Counted from the stretch's first letter, positions 10,207 to 19,967 are shown. The stretch: 34,252 nucleotides of DNA from a bacterium (GCA_043801585.1 JAZDLX010000095.1:1-34252); one strand, 5' to 3'. The notes: generated from the sequence alone by a model not told the origin. Translations and numbers: made by a program.

Positions 10207-11709
10207 ATGTTGTTTTCGACTGGCATTGGTATGAGGTCGCGACGGTTTGTGGCGATCTTTTCCATTGTTGGTGTGGTGTTTACCGCAGTCGTTTTAAGTT
10301 TCATCATCGGGCGAAACGAAATCATTGCCCTCTACGTCATCGCCGGGATGGGCCTCTTCATCTTTGCCTACCTGAACACTTCCTTTGGCCTCTCCGTGCT
10401 CATTCTTTCGATGCTGCTTTCTCCGGAATTCAGCATTGGGGGTGCAGGCGGCATTGGGCAGATGTCCCAACGGAACGTTGTGATCCGGATAGACGATGTT
10501 GTTCTCGGACTGATTACACTGTCCTGGATGGCAAGGATGGCCGTAAACAAGGACCTCGGCCTGTTTATCAGAACCCCGTTGAACCGTCCGATGTACATCT
10601 ACCTGGCTTTGAGCCTGATTTCGACCTTGATCGGCATCTTTGCTGGCACCGTTCGTCCAGTGATCGGCCTGCTCTATATCGTCAAGTACTTTCAGTATTT
10701 TCTGATTTTCCTGATGGCAGCGACCCACATCCAGACTTTAAAGCAGGCCGACCGCTATCTGCGTTTGATTCTGTTTACGGCGCTGGCCGTATCTGCGTAT
10801 GCGATCATACAGATACCATCAGGAGTTCGGGTTTCCGCACCGTTTGAAGGGGTTGCCGGCGAAGCCAATACGCTTGGTGGCTATCTGGTACTGATTATCT
10901 GCATCGTCATCGGCCTGATGACCGGTACCCACAACCCGCGACGTGGATTGCTGTACCTGCTGCTTCTTGGCATGCTCGTGTTGCCGTTTATCTATACGCT
11001 ATCCAGATCCTCCTGGATCGCCATTATTCCTGCGATGTTCGCATTTCTCTACTATTCCCCGCTACGGCGTTACATCATGATCGGCCTCCTTGCGGTTGCT
11101 ATCGTTTTACCGCTGATAGCGCCGCCGGAGATCTATGAGCGTATCAACGACACCTTTTCGCACCGAAACCTGCTGCGCGAGGACGTTGTCGAGCTTGGTG
11201 ATACCGCCCTGGATCCGTCAACCTCGGCGCGAATCCTCTCGTGGATATCCACGTTGAAGCAGTATATGCAACGTCCGATTTTCGGGTGGGGGGTGACAGG
11301 GGCCGGGTTCAAGGACGCACAGTATTTTCGTGTTCTCGTCGAAACGGGGGTGCTCGGTTTCGCGGCATTCCTTTACTTGATCTGGGCCGTACAAAAGCTT
11401 GCCAGGCGCAGCTTGAACAGCATCAACCCCACGAAGGAGCCACGGTATCACGGACTTGTCGTCGGTTACATTGCCGGGTACTGGGGGTTGCTGATTCATG
11501 CAATCGGCGCCAACACCTTTATCATCGTGCGCATCATGGAACCTTTCTGGTTTCTCACCGCCATCGTCTGGCTGTTGCCCGAACTGATTCGCAAGGAAAA
11601 CGCAAAACGTGACACAGAGGTCAACCTGGACCCCGAGGTCATCTCGTTCCTTAAAAGCAACGAACCATCGAAGGGATCGGATTCGATTGAGTCTGAACCC
11701 TGGTTCTAA
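10207..11709 (+). CDS. O-antigen ligase / Wzy_C family membrane protein
   Basis: Many TM helices, RVSAPF..EANTLGGY, TLSRSSW, RILSW....RPIFGWG, LVETGVLG. Confidence 0.85.
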   Translation: MLFSTGIGMRSRRFVAIFSIVGVVFTAVVLSFIIGRNEIIALYVIAGMGLFIFAYLNTSFGLSVLILSMLLSPEFSIGGAGGIGQMSQRNVVIRIDDVVLGLITLSWMARMAVNKDLGLFIRTPLNRPMYIYLALSLISTLIGIFAGTVRPVIGLLYIVKYFQYFLIFLMAATHIQTLKQADRYLRLILFTALAVSAYAIIQIPSGVRVSAPFEGVAGEANTLGGYLVLIICIVIGLMTGTHNPRRGLLYLLLLGMLVLPFIYTLSRSSWIAIIPAMFAFLYYSPLRRYIMIGLLAVAIVLPLIAPPEIYERINDTFSHRNLLREDVVELGDTALDPSTSARILSWISTLKQYMQRPIFGWGVTGAGFKDAQYFRVLVETGVLGFAAFLYLIWAVQKLARRSLNSINPTKEPRYHGLVVGYIAGYWGLLIHAIGANTFIIVRIMEPFWFLTAIVWLLPELIRKENAKRDTEVNLDPEVISFLKSNEPSKGSDSIESEPWF

Positions 11710-11798
11710 TGGTCCGGGCTTCCGAATGCGGGCCGAAGATTGCCGGGCGTGAGTGAAAGAAAAAGCGCTGGCTGAAGGTGCGGACAACGGCCGAAGGG

Positions 11799-12800
11799 CT
11801 ACGTTGCCGACCGATAACGCAGGATCATCACGGAGCGATGGGGCAGCACGGGGATGTTGCCGGTCAACGTCCACTCTCCCTTTGGCAACTCCCTGAACTC
11901 TTTTGCGCCTTCCGGACCCTTCCATGCAAGCATGGTGCCTCCGTCACGAAGCAGCGACGCCGCCCAGGACGCCACCTCTTTCAACATTCCTACCGCACGA
12001 ACAAGCACGGTATCGAAGGTCTGTCCAATGTGCAGGGAGTACGTCTCGGCCCGGTCATGGACGACCTCGACGTTGTTCAGCTTCAACTCCTCGATAACAT
12101 TGCGCAGGGCGAGGGTCTTTGCACGACGTGAATCAATCAGCGTGAAATGTACGTCTGGCAGCATGATTGCGAGGGGAACGCCGGGGAACCCCCCACCGGT
12201 TCCGAGGTCGAGAACCTGGTTTCCGATGCACCAGGAAAGGTCACGGATCGGTACGAGACTTTCCCACAGGGACTGCATAAGAACGGAACTGACACTCGAC
12301 CGTGAAACGAGATTAATCTCTTCGTTCAGCTCCCGGACAAGCAGCAGGTGGTCGAGCAGACGTCCGAGCTTGTCGTCTTCTGCGGGCAGGCCGAGGTGGG
12401 TAAAGATGTCTTGAATGGTCGTGCTGGTAATGTCCGTTACCCTTCCCGGTTTCGCCAGCCACGCCGGGATGGCCAGGTTGATCTCCGTGGTCAGGGAAAG
12501 ACGTTTCCTGGTACGGTGAGGCGGTTTCCGGACGGACGTTTCTTCACGTGGTGGATGACTTGTACCCTGAGGACCAGGTCGTTCGCTGCGGCTCCTGCGG
12601 CTGTCGCGGGGGGAATCGGAGTGATACGCTTTTGGCTTTCCATCACCACGCTTTGACCTCGCTGGCGACTGGCCATCGCGCTTCCTGTTATCGGAAGAGT
12701 AACCGCCAGACGGTCCCCTGGAAGAACGCACCGGTTTTTTCGCACTTTGGCGCTTTCCAGAACCGGAGCTCTCACGCTTTTTGTCAGACCCTTGACCCAT
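11799..12800 (-). CDS. rsmG: 16S rRNA m7G527 methyltransferase RsmG (GidB) with long basic N-terminal extension
   Basis: NEEINLVS, LDLGTGGGFPGVPLAI, LIDSRRAK, RAE, RAV, WKG; downstream of mnmG; ATG 12800 preceded by GGAG. Confidence 0.93.
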   Translation of the reverse strand: MGQGSDKKRESSGSGKRQSAKKPVRSSRGPSGGYSSDNRKRDGQSPARSKRGDGKPKAYHSDSPRDSRRSRSERPGPQGTSHPPREETSVRKPPHRTRKRLSLTTEINLAIPAWLAKPGRVTDITSTTIQDIFTHLGLPAEDDKLGRLLDHLLLVRELNEEINLVSRSSVSSVLMQSLWESLVPIRDLSWCIGNQVLDLGTGGGFPGVPLAIMLPDVHFTLIDSRRAKTLALRNVIEELKLNNVEVVHDRAETYSLHIGQTFDTVLVRAVGMLKEVASWAASLLRDGGTMLAWKGPEGAKEFRELPKGEWTLTGNIPVLPHRSVMILRYRSAT

Positions 12801-12916
12801 GATCTCCACTCGGCAACAGGCGGGGCCAGGTTGTGAAAAATAGGCCCTGCTTTCGGAAGGTAAGTTAAATGAAAAGAACGGCAGGAAAAAGCTTGCCCCA
12901 TGGAAAAATAGGGGCA

Positions 12917-14776
12917 TCAAGCAGAAAGATGCACCAGGAGAATTGCAAGATCCGCGGGGGTGACACCAGCGATGCGTCCAGCCTGCCCCAGCGTCGCGGG
13001 ACGATGCAACAGCAGCTTCTGGCGGCCTTCAGCGGACAGTGCAGGGAGCGATTCGTAATGGACGCTGTCGGGAATCCGCTTTTCTTCCTGCCCGCGAAGT
13101 TTCTCGATCAGGCGGCGTTCACGGTCAAGGTATCCCTCGTAACGAAGTTCGATGTCGGCTGCGTTCAAGGCGTGGGCGTCGTTCAACGCGCCGTTCAAGC
13201 CCGCAAGTTCGGGGAGGTGTGCGATCATGGCGAGCCGGAATCCAGGGCGTTTCAGCAGGAGCGAAACCGGCTCACTGCGATCGGGTTCGGGATCGGATGG
13301 ATAGACACGTCCCCTCGGGAGTCGAATGTGGCGGAGGCCTTCAATGAGGCTGCGCTGTCTCGCGAGGCGGTCTCGGATCTCACTGTGGCGGCCTTCAGAG
13401 ATCAGGCCCGCGCGAAACGCATCTTCGTGAAGACGCTCTTCCGCGTTATCCTGCCGGAGTAGCAGTCGATACTCCGCCCGGCTGGTGAACATTCTGTATG
13501 GCTCGCGGGGGTGGAGAGTGATCAGGTCGTCCACCAAAACGCCTGCATAGGCCTGGTCTCGGCGCAGAATCAACGGCTCTCGTGATTGGGTCGAAAGTGC
13601 GGCGTTGGCGCCGGCGATCAATCCCTGAGCCGCAGCCTCTTCATAGCCGGAGGTTCCGTTGATCTGCCCGGCGAGGTAAAGGTTGTGAACACGTTTCGTC
13701 TCGAGCGTGGGGCGAAGCTCGTGGGGTGGTACCACATCGTACTCGACCGCATACCCAGGTCGTCCGATCTCCGCCTCGTTGCACCCCGGCAGCGTTCGCA
13801 AGGCGGCAAGCTGAACCTCCTCGGGAAGCGAGGTGGAGAAACCGTTGAGGTAGAGCCAGGGGTGGTCGAGTCCCTCAGGCTCGAACACGAGGGGGTGGGA
13901 TTCCCGGTCGGGGAAGCGCATCACCTTGTCCTCGATGGAGGGGCAGTAGCGGGGACCAATGCTTTTGATCTGTCCGTTGAACATCGGGGCGTCAGCGATC
14001 CGTGCGCGGATGATCGTATGGGCTTTCGCGCTGCTGTGAAGCCTGTAGCACGCTCGCTGGGGGAGTGATCGTTCGACGGATTCGGCGCTGAAAAACCAGA
14101 GTTCGCGCTCGCTCTCCTGACGTTCCATAATCGAAAGGTCAACCGTGGACGCGACGATCCTCGGCGGCGTTCCGGTTTTGAATCGGTCCAGCAGGAAACC
14201 GAGACGGGCGAGGCTTTCCGAGAGGCTGTCGGCCGGAGGCTCGCCGTAACGGCCTGAATGCTCCTGACGCGTACCGACGTGGATCAATCCACGCAGGAAG
14301 GTGCCGGAACAGATGATGGCGGTCCTGCAGGGGAGGATCCCCCGGCATTTCGTTTCAACGCCCACAACGCTGCCGTTCTCGACCGCGATGCTAACGGCTT
14401 CATCCTCGAGGATTTCCACACCCGGGTAGCGATTGTAAAAGAGCTGGTCAATTTCGCGGGTATAGGTTTCGCGGTCCACCTGGGCTCGGGGCGACCAGAC
14501 AGCCGGGCCTTTGGAACGGTTCAGCATTCTGTACTGGATGGCAGAGCGGTCCGTGGCGACAGCCATCAACCCTCCGAGGGCGTCGACCTCCTTGATGAGT
14601 TGTCCCTTGGCGGTGCCACCCATCGCAGGGTTGCAGGAGAGGCGTGCCAGAGCGTTGCGCTCACGGGTGACAAGGGCCACCCGTGAACCGACACGGCTTG
14701 CCGCCGCCGCCGCTTCAACCCCCGCATGTCCGCCACCGATCACGACCACATCGTACACAGGCAACCCCGAAATCAA
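12917..14776 (-). CDS. mnmG: tRNA U34 carboxymethylaminomethyl modification enzyme MnmG (GidA)
   Basis: [62 protein letters not shown]. Confidence 0.98.
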   Translation of the reverse strand: MISGLPVYDVVVIGGGHAGVEAAAAASRVGSRVALVTRERNALARLSCNPAMGGTAKGQLIKEVDALGGLMAVATDRSAIQYRMLNRSKGPAVWSPRAQVDRETYTREIDQLFYNRYPGVEILEDEAVSIAVENGSVVGVETKCRGILPCRTAIICSGTFLRGLIHVGTRQEHSGRYGEPPADSLSESLARLGFLLDRFKTGTPPRIVASTVDLSIMERQESERELWFFSAESVERSLPQRACYRLHSSAKAHTIIRARIADAPMFNGQIKSIGPRYCPSIEDKVMRFPDRESHPLVFEPEGLDHPWLYLNGFSTSLPEEVQLAALRTLPGCNEAEIGRPGYAVEYDVVPPHELRPTLETKRVHNLYLAGQINGTSGYEEAAAQGLIAGANAALSTQSREPLILRRDQAYAGVLVDDLITLHPREPYRMFTSRAEYRLLLRQDNAEERLHEDAFRAGLISEGRHSEIRDRLARQRSLIEGLRHIRLPRGRVYPSDPEPDRSEPVSLLLKRPGFRLAMIAHLPELAGLNGALNDAHALNAADIELRYEGYLDRERRLIEKLRGQEEKRIPDSVHYESLPALSAEGRQKLLLHRPATLGQAGRIAGVTPADLAILLVHLSA

Positions 14777-14974
14777 TCAGTTCTCAAACGGAAAGCCAAA
14801 ATAAGAACCTGCGCCCCCAGAAAGAAGCAATAACAACAGAGGAACAGGGCCCCTTAAGGCTAACCGCCGTCTCACGGCATGTTGCTCATTGAAAACTCCC
14901 GAGCCTCCGCGAAGAGTTTAAAACTAAGCCACCCATCGCCCGAAAAGGGTTATTACGAAAAAGAGAATGGGGAA

Positions 14975-14990
14975 TGTTTCACGTGAAACA
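14975..14990. promoter_or_regulatory. parS: parS centromere-like site (ParB binding)
   Basis: Perfect palindrome TGTTTCACGTGAAACA, intergenic, about 14.5 kb from oriC. Confidence 0.95.
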
Positions 14991-14992
14991 CT

Positions 14993-16348
14993 CTATTTGC
15001 CAATGCAGAAGCCCGCAAAAATGCGGTTCAACAGGTCATCAGCTGTCAGCGCCCCGGTGATATCACCCAGGGCGCTCAGGGCAGCGCGGAGCTCTTCGGC
15101 TATCAACTCGTCCCCCAAACCCTGCAACACGCCATTTTTAGCCGCTCCCAACGAATTTGCGGCGCCCGACAGCAGCATTGCGTGCCGTTCTTCAAGAACC
15201 AGCACATCTCCCGGGTCATAACCGTGGCGGAGGCGGTTTCCGATCGACTCCAACAACTGTTCAACTCCTTCGCCTGTCACCGCACTGAGAGCGATTGCAG
15301 GCTGAAAATCTTCGTCCTCGGGTGGCTCGACGGTCAGATCGGCCTTTCCACGCACCCAGAGGCAGGTTTCACGTGGAACAAACTCCTCGGGCGGCCGGGT
15401 GAATTCGGGGGGAGAAGAGAGCCAGACGACAAGATCGGCTGAGCCCAGGAGTTGTTGAGATCGTTGAGCTCCTTCGGCCTCGAGGCGGTCCTTCGTGGCT
15501 CGAAGTCCGGCTGTGTCGATCAGTTGGACAGGCACCCCGCCAACGTCCATGGAGATATCGAGATAATCGCGAGTTGTTCCCGGGATGTCACTGACAATTG
15601 CACGCTCAAAACCTGCCAGACGGTTAAGTAGGGTCGATTTGCCAGAGTTTGGCGGGCCGGCAATGACCACCCGTGCGCCGTAACGGAGATAACGGCCAAG
15701 CCTGTACTGGTCCGCAAGCGCAAGCAGCCGTTTCGAGAGGCCGGTCAGGTGGGAAACCGCTTCATTGCGGTTAAGGACCTCCAGATCCTCCTCTGCGAAA
15801 TCCAGCCCAATTTCCACAAGTCCCAGCAGGTCGCCTATTTCATCCCGAAACGCACGGATTTCAATGCCGAGCCGTCCCTCCAGCAGTCGCGCCGCGCTTC
15901 TGGCCGCAGCTTCCGTTTTGGCGCTGGTAATTGCGGCAACGGCTTCCGCCTGTTCCAGCGTCATTTTTCCGTTGATGAACGCCCTGCGCGTGTATTCACC
16001 CGGTTCCGCGGGGCGGGCGCCGAGGGAGATCAGCCGTTTCAGCACCAACCGCAGCGTCTCCCGGCCTCCGTGGCAGATGAATTCAACGAGGTCTTCGCCG
16101 GTGTAGCTTGCCGGGCCACGCCACGGAAGGAGCACGGCCTGATCCAAGGTCGAACCATCACCGTCAACAACGGCAACAACCCGGGCACGCCGGGGCTCGG
16201 TCCGCCGATTGAATACGTCGCCTGTTTCCGCGACCGCCGAGGCGGCTAACGTCCACGCCTGCGGCCCTGAAATGCGAACAACCCCCAGGGCGCCGGCGCC
16301 GTCGGGGGTCGCTATGGCAACAATTGTATCATATCGAGATGAGAGCAT
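14993..16348 (-). CDS. mnmE: tRNA modification GTPase MnmE (TrmE)
   Basis: DTIVAIAT, SYTGED, GPPNSGKSTL, PGTTRD, DTAGLR, C-terminal FCIGK. Confidence 0.98.
   Translation of the reverse strand: MLSSRYDTIVAIATPDGAGALGVVRISGPQAWTLAASAVAETGDVFNRRTEPRRARVVAVVDGDGSTLDQAVLLPWRGPASYTGEDLVEFICHGGRETLRLVLKRLISLGARPAEPGEYTRRAFINGKMTLEQAEAVAAITSAKTEAAARSAARLLEGRLGIEIRAFRDEIGDLLGLVEIGLDFAEEDLEVLNRNEAVSHLTGLSKRLLALADQYRLGRYLRYGARVVIAGPPNSGKSTLLNRLAGFERAIVSDIPGTTRDYLDISMDVGGVPVQLIDTAGLRATKDRLEAEGAQRSQQLLGSADLVVWLSSPPEFTRPPEEFVPRETCLWVRGKADLTVEPPEDEDFQPAIALSAVTGEGVEQLLESIGNRLRHGYDPGDVLVLEERHAMLLSGAANSLGAAKNGVLQGLGDELIAEELRAALSALGDITGALTADDLLNRIFAGFCIGK
15365..15380. promoter_or_regulatory. parS: Second parS site embedded in mnmE
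   Basis: GGTTTCACGTGGAACA (minus strand TGTTCCACGTGAAACC), one mismatch to TGTTNCACGTGAAACA. Confidence 0.8.
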
Positions 16349-16391
16349 ATACCCCGCGATTACTCATGTTTTCCGGAGCTATTCTCCGTTG

Positions 16392-18185
16392 TCACGAAAG
16401 GCGCTGACGTTTGCGTTCTACTCGCCGCTCCAGTTTTTCCTTCTCCTTGGCCGCCTCTTCCAGCTCCTTTTCGAGCGCAGGATCGGAGACTCTCAGGAAC
16501 TTCTGCTGACCCCAGGAGAGGATGTTGAACAGGGTGTAATACAGCGTCAGCCCGCTCGGGAAGTTGTTGAACAGGAAGATGAACATGACCGGCATGAACG
16601 CGGTCATGAATTTCTGGTTGGGATCCGTAGCGGTCTGGCGTGACTGCAGCCACGTGGAAATCGCCATGATGATTGGCAGCACTGCGACATGATTCCCGTA
16701 GAGGGGTAACGTGAACGGCAGATAAAACAGGGCGTCTGGCATCGACAGGTCATTGATCCAGAGGACGAAAGGCTGTCCGCGAAGTTCGATGGTCGAACGG
16801 AAAACCATGAACAGGCCGTAGAGAAGGGGCATCTGGAGCAGGGTCGGCCAGCAGCCGCCCATCGGGTTCACCTTGTGCTCCTTGTAGAGGGCCATCACCT
16901 CCTGCTGCATCTTCTGCGGGTTGTCCTTGTGTTTCTCCTGCACGGCTTTCAGCAGCGGCTGGATCTTCTGCATCCGCTTCATCGACTTGTAGGATTTCGC
17001 CGTCAGTGGCCAGACGATCACCTTGATCAGAATGGAGAAGATGATCAGGACGACGCCGTAGTTCGGGATCATCTTGTGCAGGTTGACCAGTGCCCAGAAG
17101 ACAAGCTTGCTGAAGGGTTCGACGATTGCCCACCCCCAGGACATCATCTCTTCAAGCGTCGGCTCGAAACGCTGGATCTTTCCCTGTTCGAGGGGGCCTG
17201 CGTAGAGCGTCAGGTTCTGGTGGAAACGGTCGCCGATAATGTCGAAGACCAGCGAGGTTTCATACAGCTTGGGCGAATACTTCCCGATGTAGCTGCTGTC
17301 CGGCCAGGTGGCGAGACGGGCGCCTGCCGCCGGCTGCTCGGGAACCAGGGCGACCATGAAGTATTTTGTCCGCTGGGCGACCCACCGGGTCGGCCCCGTC
17401 CCCATTTCCTCGTCTGCTTTTGTTCCCTTCGACTTCAGTTCTTCCTTCGTTTTTCCCATCATGTAGGCGGCATAGGTGTAGTAATGGTCCTGGGCAGTAT
17501 CCTGTTCGGTGTAACTCATTCCACCGCCCCAACCGAAGGTGGCGGTCGCCGCGCCGGTAAGTCTGTCGAGGCTTTGGCTCTCGATGGCAACGTCAACGAT
17601 ATAACGATCAGGGTAGAAGGTATAGGTCTCGCGGTACCACGCATCGCCCTCAAGCGGAAGGGTGAAGGTGAGGCTTTTTGGTGCTTCTCCACTGTCCAGC
17701 ACAAGGCGCGTGGTGTCCACTTCAAAGTTTTTAGCCTCGGTTCGCAGCAAGCCAAGGCCGCCGCGCGCAATCAGTGTCATGTTCCGGTCCGACCACCCGG
17801 GAGCAACCAGCTCCTCGGGTTCCTTCAGGTAAGGCTGGGAAGGCTTGATGATCCACGACCGGATGGAGGCGCCGTGCGTACTGAACGTCGCCTTATAAAG
17901 CGGGGTCTCAACGGTCACTTTTTTTGAGTTGAATTCCGAGTCTGTCGCGTACCAGGGTTTCTTGCGGTCCGGTTGTGAAACCATTCGTGCCGTGGATTCC
18001 GTTTTTTGTGCGGATTTCATTCCTCCAGCCGGTGTCGAGATGGGCCGTGCTGCAACGCTGTCCTCAACGGCTGGAAATTCAGGCTGGCCCGTCGGAGATG
18101 GCGGCGAGAGCAACTTATAGTAATAAGGCGTCAGCAGAATGATGATGCCTACGATGACGATCGCGAGGAGCGTCTTGCGGTCCAT
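16392..18185 (-). CDS. yidC: Membrane protein insertase YidC
   Basis: MDRKTLLAIV start, large periplasmic domain, NYGVVLII, NPMGGCWPTLLQMP, WINDLS, FPSGLTLYY. Confidence 0.97.
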   Translation of the reverse strand: MDRKTLLAIVIVGIIILLTPYYYKLLSPPSPTGQPEFPAVEDSVAARPISTPAGGMKSAQKTESTARMVSQPDRKKPWYATDSEFNSKKVTVETPLYKATFSTHGASIRSWIIKPSQPYLKEPEELVAPGWSDRNMTLIARGGLGLLRTEAKNFEVDTTRLVLDSGEAPKSLTFTLPLEGDAWYRETYTFYPDRYIVDVAIESQSLDRLTGAATATFGWGGGMSYTEQDTAQDHYYTYAAYMMGKTKEELKSKGTKADEEMGTGPTRWVAQRTKYFMVALVPEQPAAGARLATWPDSSYIGKYSPKLYETSLVFDIIGDRFHQNLTLYAGPLEQGKIQRFEPTLEEMMSWGWAIVEPFSKLVFWALVNLHKMIPNYGVVLIIFSILIKVIVWPLTAKSYKSMKRMQKIQPLLKAVQEKHKDNPQKMQQEVMALYKEHKVNPMGGCWPTLLQMPLLYGLFMVFRSTIELRGQPFVLWINDLSMPDALFYLPFTLPLYGNHVAVLPIIMAISTWLQSRQTATDPNQKFMTAFMPVMFIFLFNNFPSGLTLYYTLFNILSWGQQKFLRVSDPALEKELEEAAKEKEKLERRVERKRQRLS

Positions 18186-18294
18186 GGTTCCTCTGAAATT
18201 TCGCGCCGCAACGGATCGTTTTTGGCGCTGGCGTTCAACGTAACGGGGCGGCTTCTGTTGACCCTGCCCCGATTCCTTCGGATGTTCGAGTTTC

Positions 18295-18600
18295 TTATTG
18301 CAACTCTGTTTCCAGTTCACTGCCCGGTACGGGATCAACTCCGCCGGTGTGAAGCGGGTTGCATTTTGCCACACGGACCGTCGTCAGAGCAAGCCCCTTG
18401 ACGAAGCCGTGAATCCGAAAGGCCTCCTCAGCATAGTGGCTGCAGGACGGATAGAAACGGCACTCGCTTCCCAAGGCGGAAAAAACAGGCGAAAGGACGG
18501 CGCGATACCCCTTCAGAAAAGGCAGAGCGACCCACTTCGCGGCGGCCGTATTGACCGTCGAAAGTACCGTGGAGCGTTGTAAGCGTTCACTCCTTGCCAT
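18295..18600 (-). CDS. yidD: Membrane protein insertion efficiency factor YidD
   Basis: CRFYPSCSHYAEEA..HG, RVAKCNPLHTGGVDPVP; start uncertain. Confidence 0.95.
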   Translation of the reverse strand: MARSERLQRSTVLSTVNTAAAKWVALPFLKGYRAVLSPVFSALGSECRFYPSCSHYAEEAFRIHGFVKGLALTTVRVAKCNPLHTGGVDPVPGSELETELQ

Positions 18601-18960
18601 GGATGTCGTTTCCGTCAGTAGTGCGAGGGATGCGTCCCAGCAGCCCTGTGATCTCCTCCAGAAAACGATCCCAATCCGCCGGTGCAATGTGAAGCCGAAT
18701 CAGAACATCCTGGTTCGGGGGAAACAGATCACGGTTGTGCCGGAAGAATTCGCGCAGCCGGCGGCGGGCGTAATTCCGCTGTACCGCCCCGCCAAACGGG
18801 CGCAGCGGCACTATCATGCCGAAGCGTCCCCAAGGCGAAGGCAAAAAAAAAGGGTTACGCCTCTTCCACGTACCCTCTGACCTTCACGGAGGAGACGCTG
18901 AAGCGTCGACCGACCGCGAAGGATGTCCCGCTTATTCAGCGATTCCTTAGAACCGGCCAT
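18587..18960 (-). CDS. rnpA: Ribonuclease P protein component, split by a frameshift at a T9 homopolymer
   Basis: N-terminal frame from ATG 18960 ([37 protein letters not shown]) and C-terminal frame (LPSPWGRFG...[13 protein letters not shown]) are offset by one base at 18843-18851; sits between rpmH and yidD. Confidence 0.88.
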
Positions 18961-19096
18961 CGGACACGGTCAGGCGTTTGCGGCCTTTCGCACGACGGCG
19001 TTTCAACACAAGACGTCCGCCACGGGTTTCCATACGGGCGCGGAAGCCGTGCTTGTTGTACCGCTTGCGATTGTGTGGCTGGTAGGTGCGTTTCAT
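18947..19096 (-). CDS. rpmH: 50S ribosomal protein L34
   Basis: [42 protein letters not shown]. Confidence 0.98.
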   Translation of the reverse strand: MKRTYQPHNRKRYNKHGFRARMETRGGRLVLKRRRAKGRKRLTVSDGRF

Positions 19097-19283
19097 TCGT
19101 AAACTCACATGCTTGGGCGGCTTGTCTGCCCCCCGTGAATCCTTCCGTTCAGAACGCCCAAATATAGGCGAGACCCCCATGGAGCGCAACTCGCATACGT
19201 CATGCCCGGAGGGCGCAGAGACGTTGGGTAAACCGCGAGCAGGTGCCTATTTTGCCTGACCGGAGTCAAGTCTGGGAGATTCG

Positions 19284-19892
19284 ATGAAAATCTGGATGGC
19301 AGCGGCTTTTTTTCTGTTGGTTATAACGATTCGGACACACGCGCAACCACGTGACACGGGACAGGGGAAACTATGGTTGCCCAAGGGAATGCTCGTGCAT
19401 CAGGCGGGAGACACCCTGATTGCCGAACGTGGCGACAGCACGGGTTTGACCGTTTACGTTTATCCAGTAAAGACAACAACCGGAACACGGGAGAACCTTC
19501 TCCGGCAGATTGCGCAGGAGCGCGGGATCTCCCCCCATGTCCGTACCGTCAGCCAGGAGCAGCGCGAGCTGGCCGGAATCGAGTGGGGCGGGTTTGTTCT
19601 GGGCACCGTACCACGCCAAAAGCGAGAAACGGACGTGATCACCAACAACGACAGTGATCTTGTCGTTAATAAAAGGGATAGTTTGGCATTCAAAGCGAAT
19701 GTCAGTTCTCAATACCCGATTAAGGGCTCGCAGGATAAGGGGTTTCAGCAGCCGGAGGGTCGATTGGCGGACCAGGTGGCTGTTATTCTCTATGTAAAAG
19801 GAAACAAATCGTTTATCATGGAGACGTCGATCCGGATACCCGAAGGAAACCCGATGAAGTTGACTGACATTCAAAGGCGCTGGAAACCGTGA
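19284..19892 (+). CDS. Hypothetical exported protein
   Basis: 202-aa ORF, GGGAG RBS, signal-peptide-like N-terminus MKIWMAAAFFLLVITIRTHAQ; no recognised family. Confidence 0.65.
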   Translation: MKIWMAAAFFLLVITIRTHAQPRDTGQGKLWLPKGMLVHQAGDTLIAERGDSTGLTVYVYPVKTTTGTRENLLRQIAQERGISPHVRTVSQEQRELAGIEWGGFVLGTVPRQKRETDVITNNDSDLVVNKRDSLAFKANVSSQYPIKGSQDKGFQQPEGRLADQVAVILYVKGNKSFIMETSIRIPEGNPMKLTDIQRRWKP

Positions 19893-19967
19893 ACGAGAAG
19901 GAGTTATTCGTTTATCCGAGCATGGAGATACGAGAGGATCACGCAATAAACAAACAGCAAAGAGACC

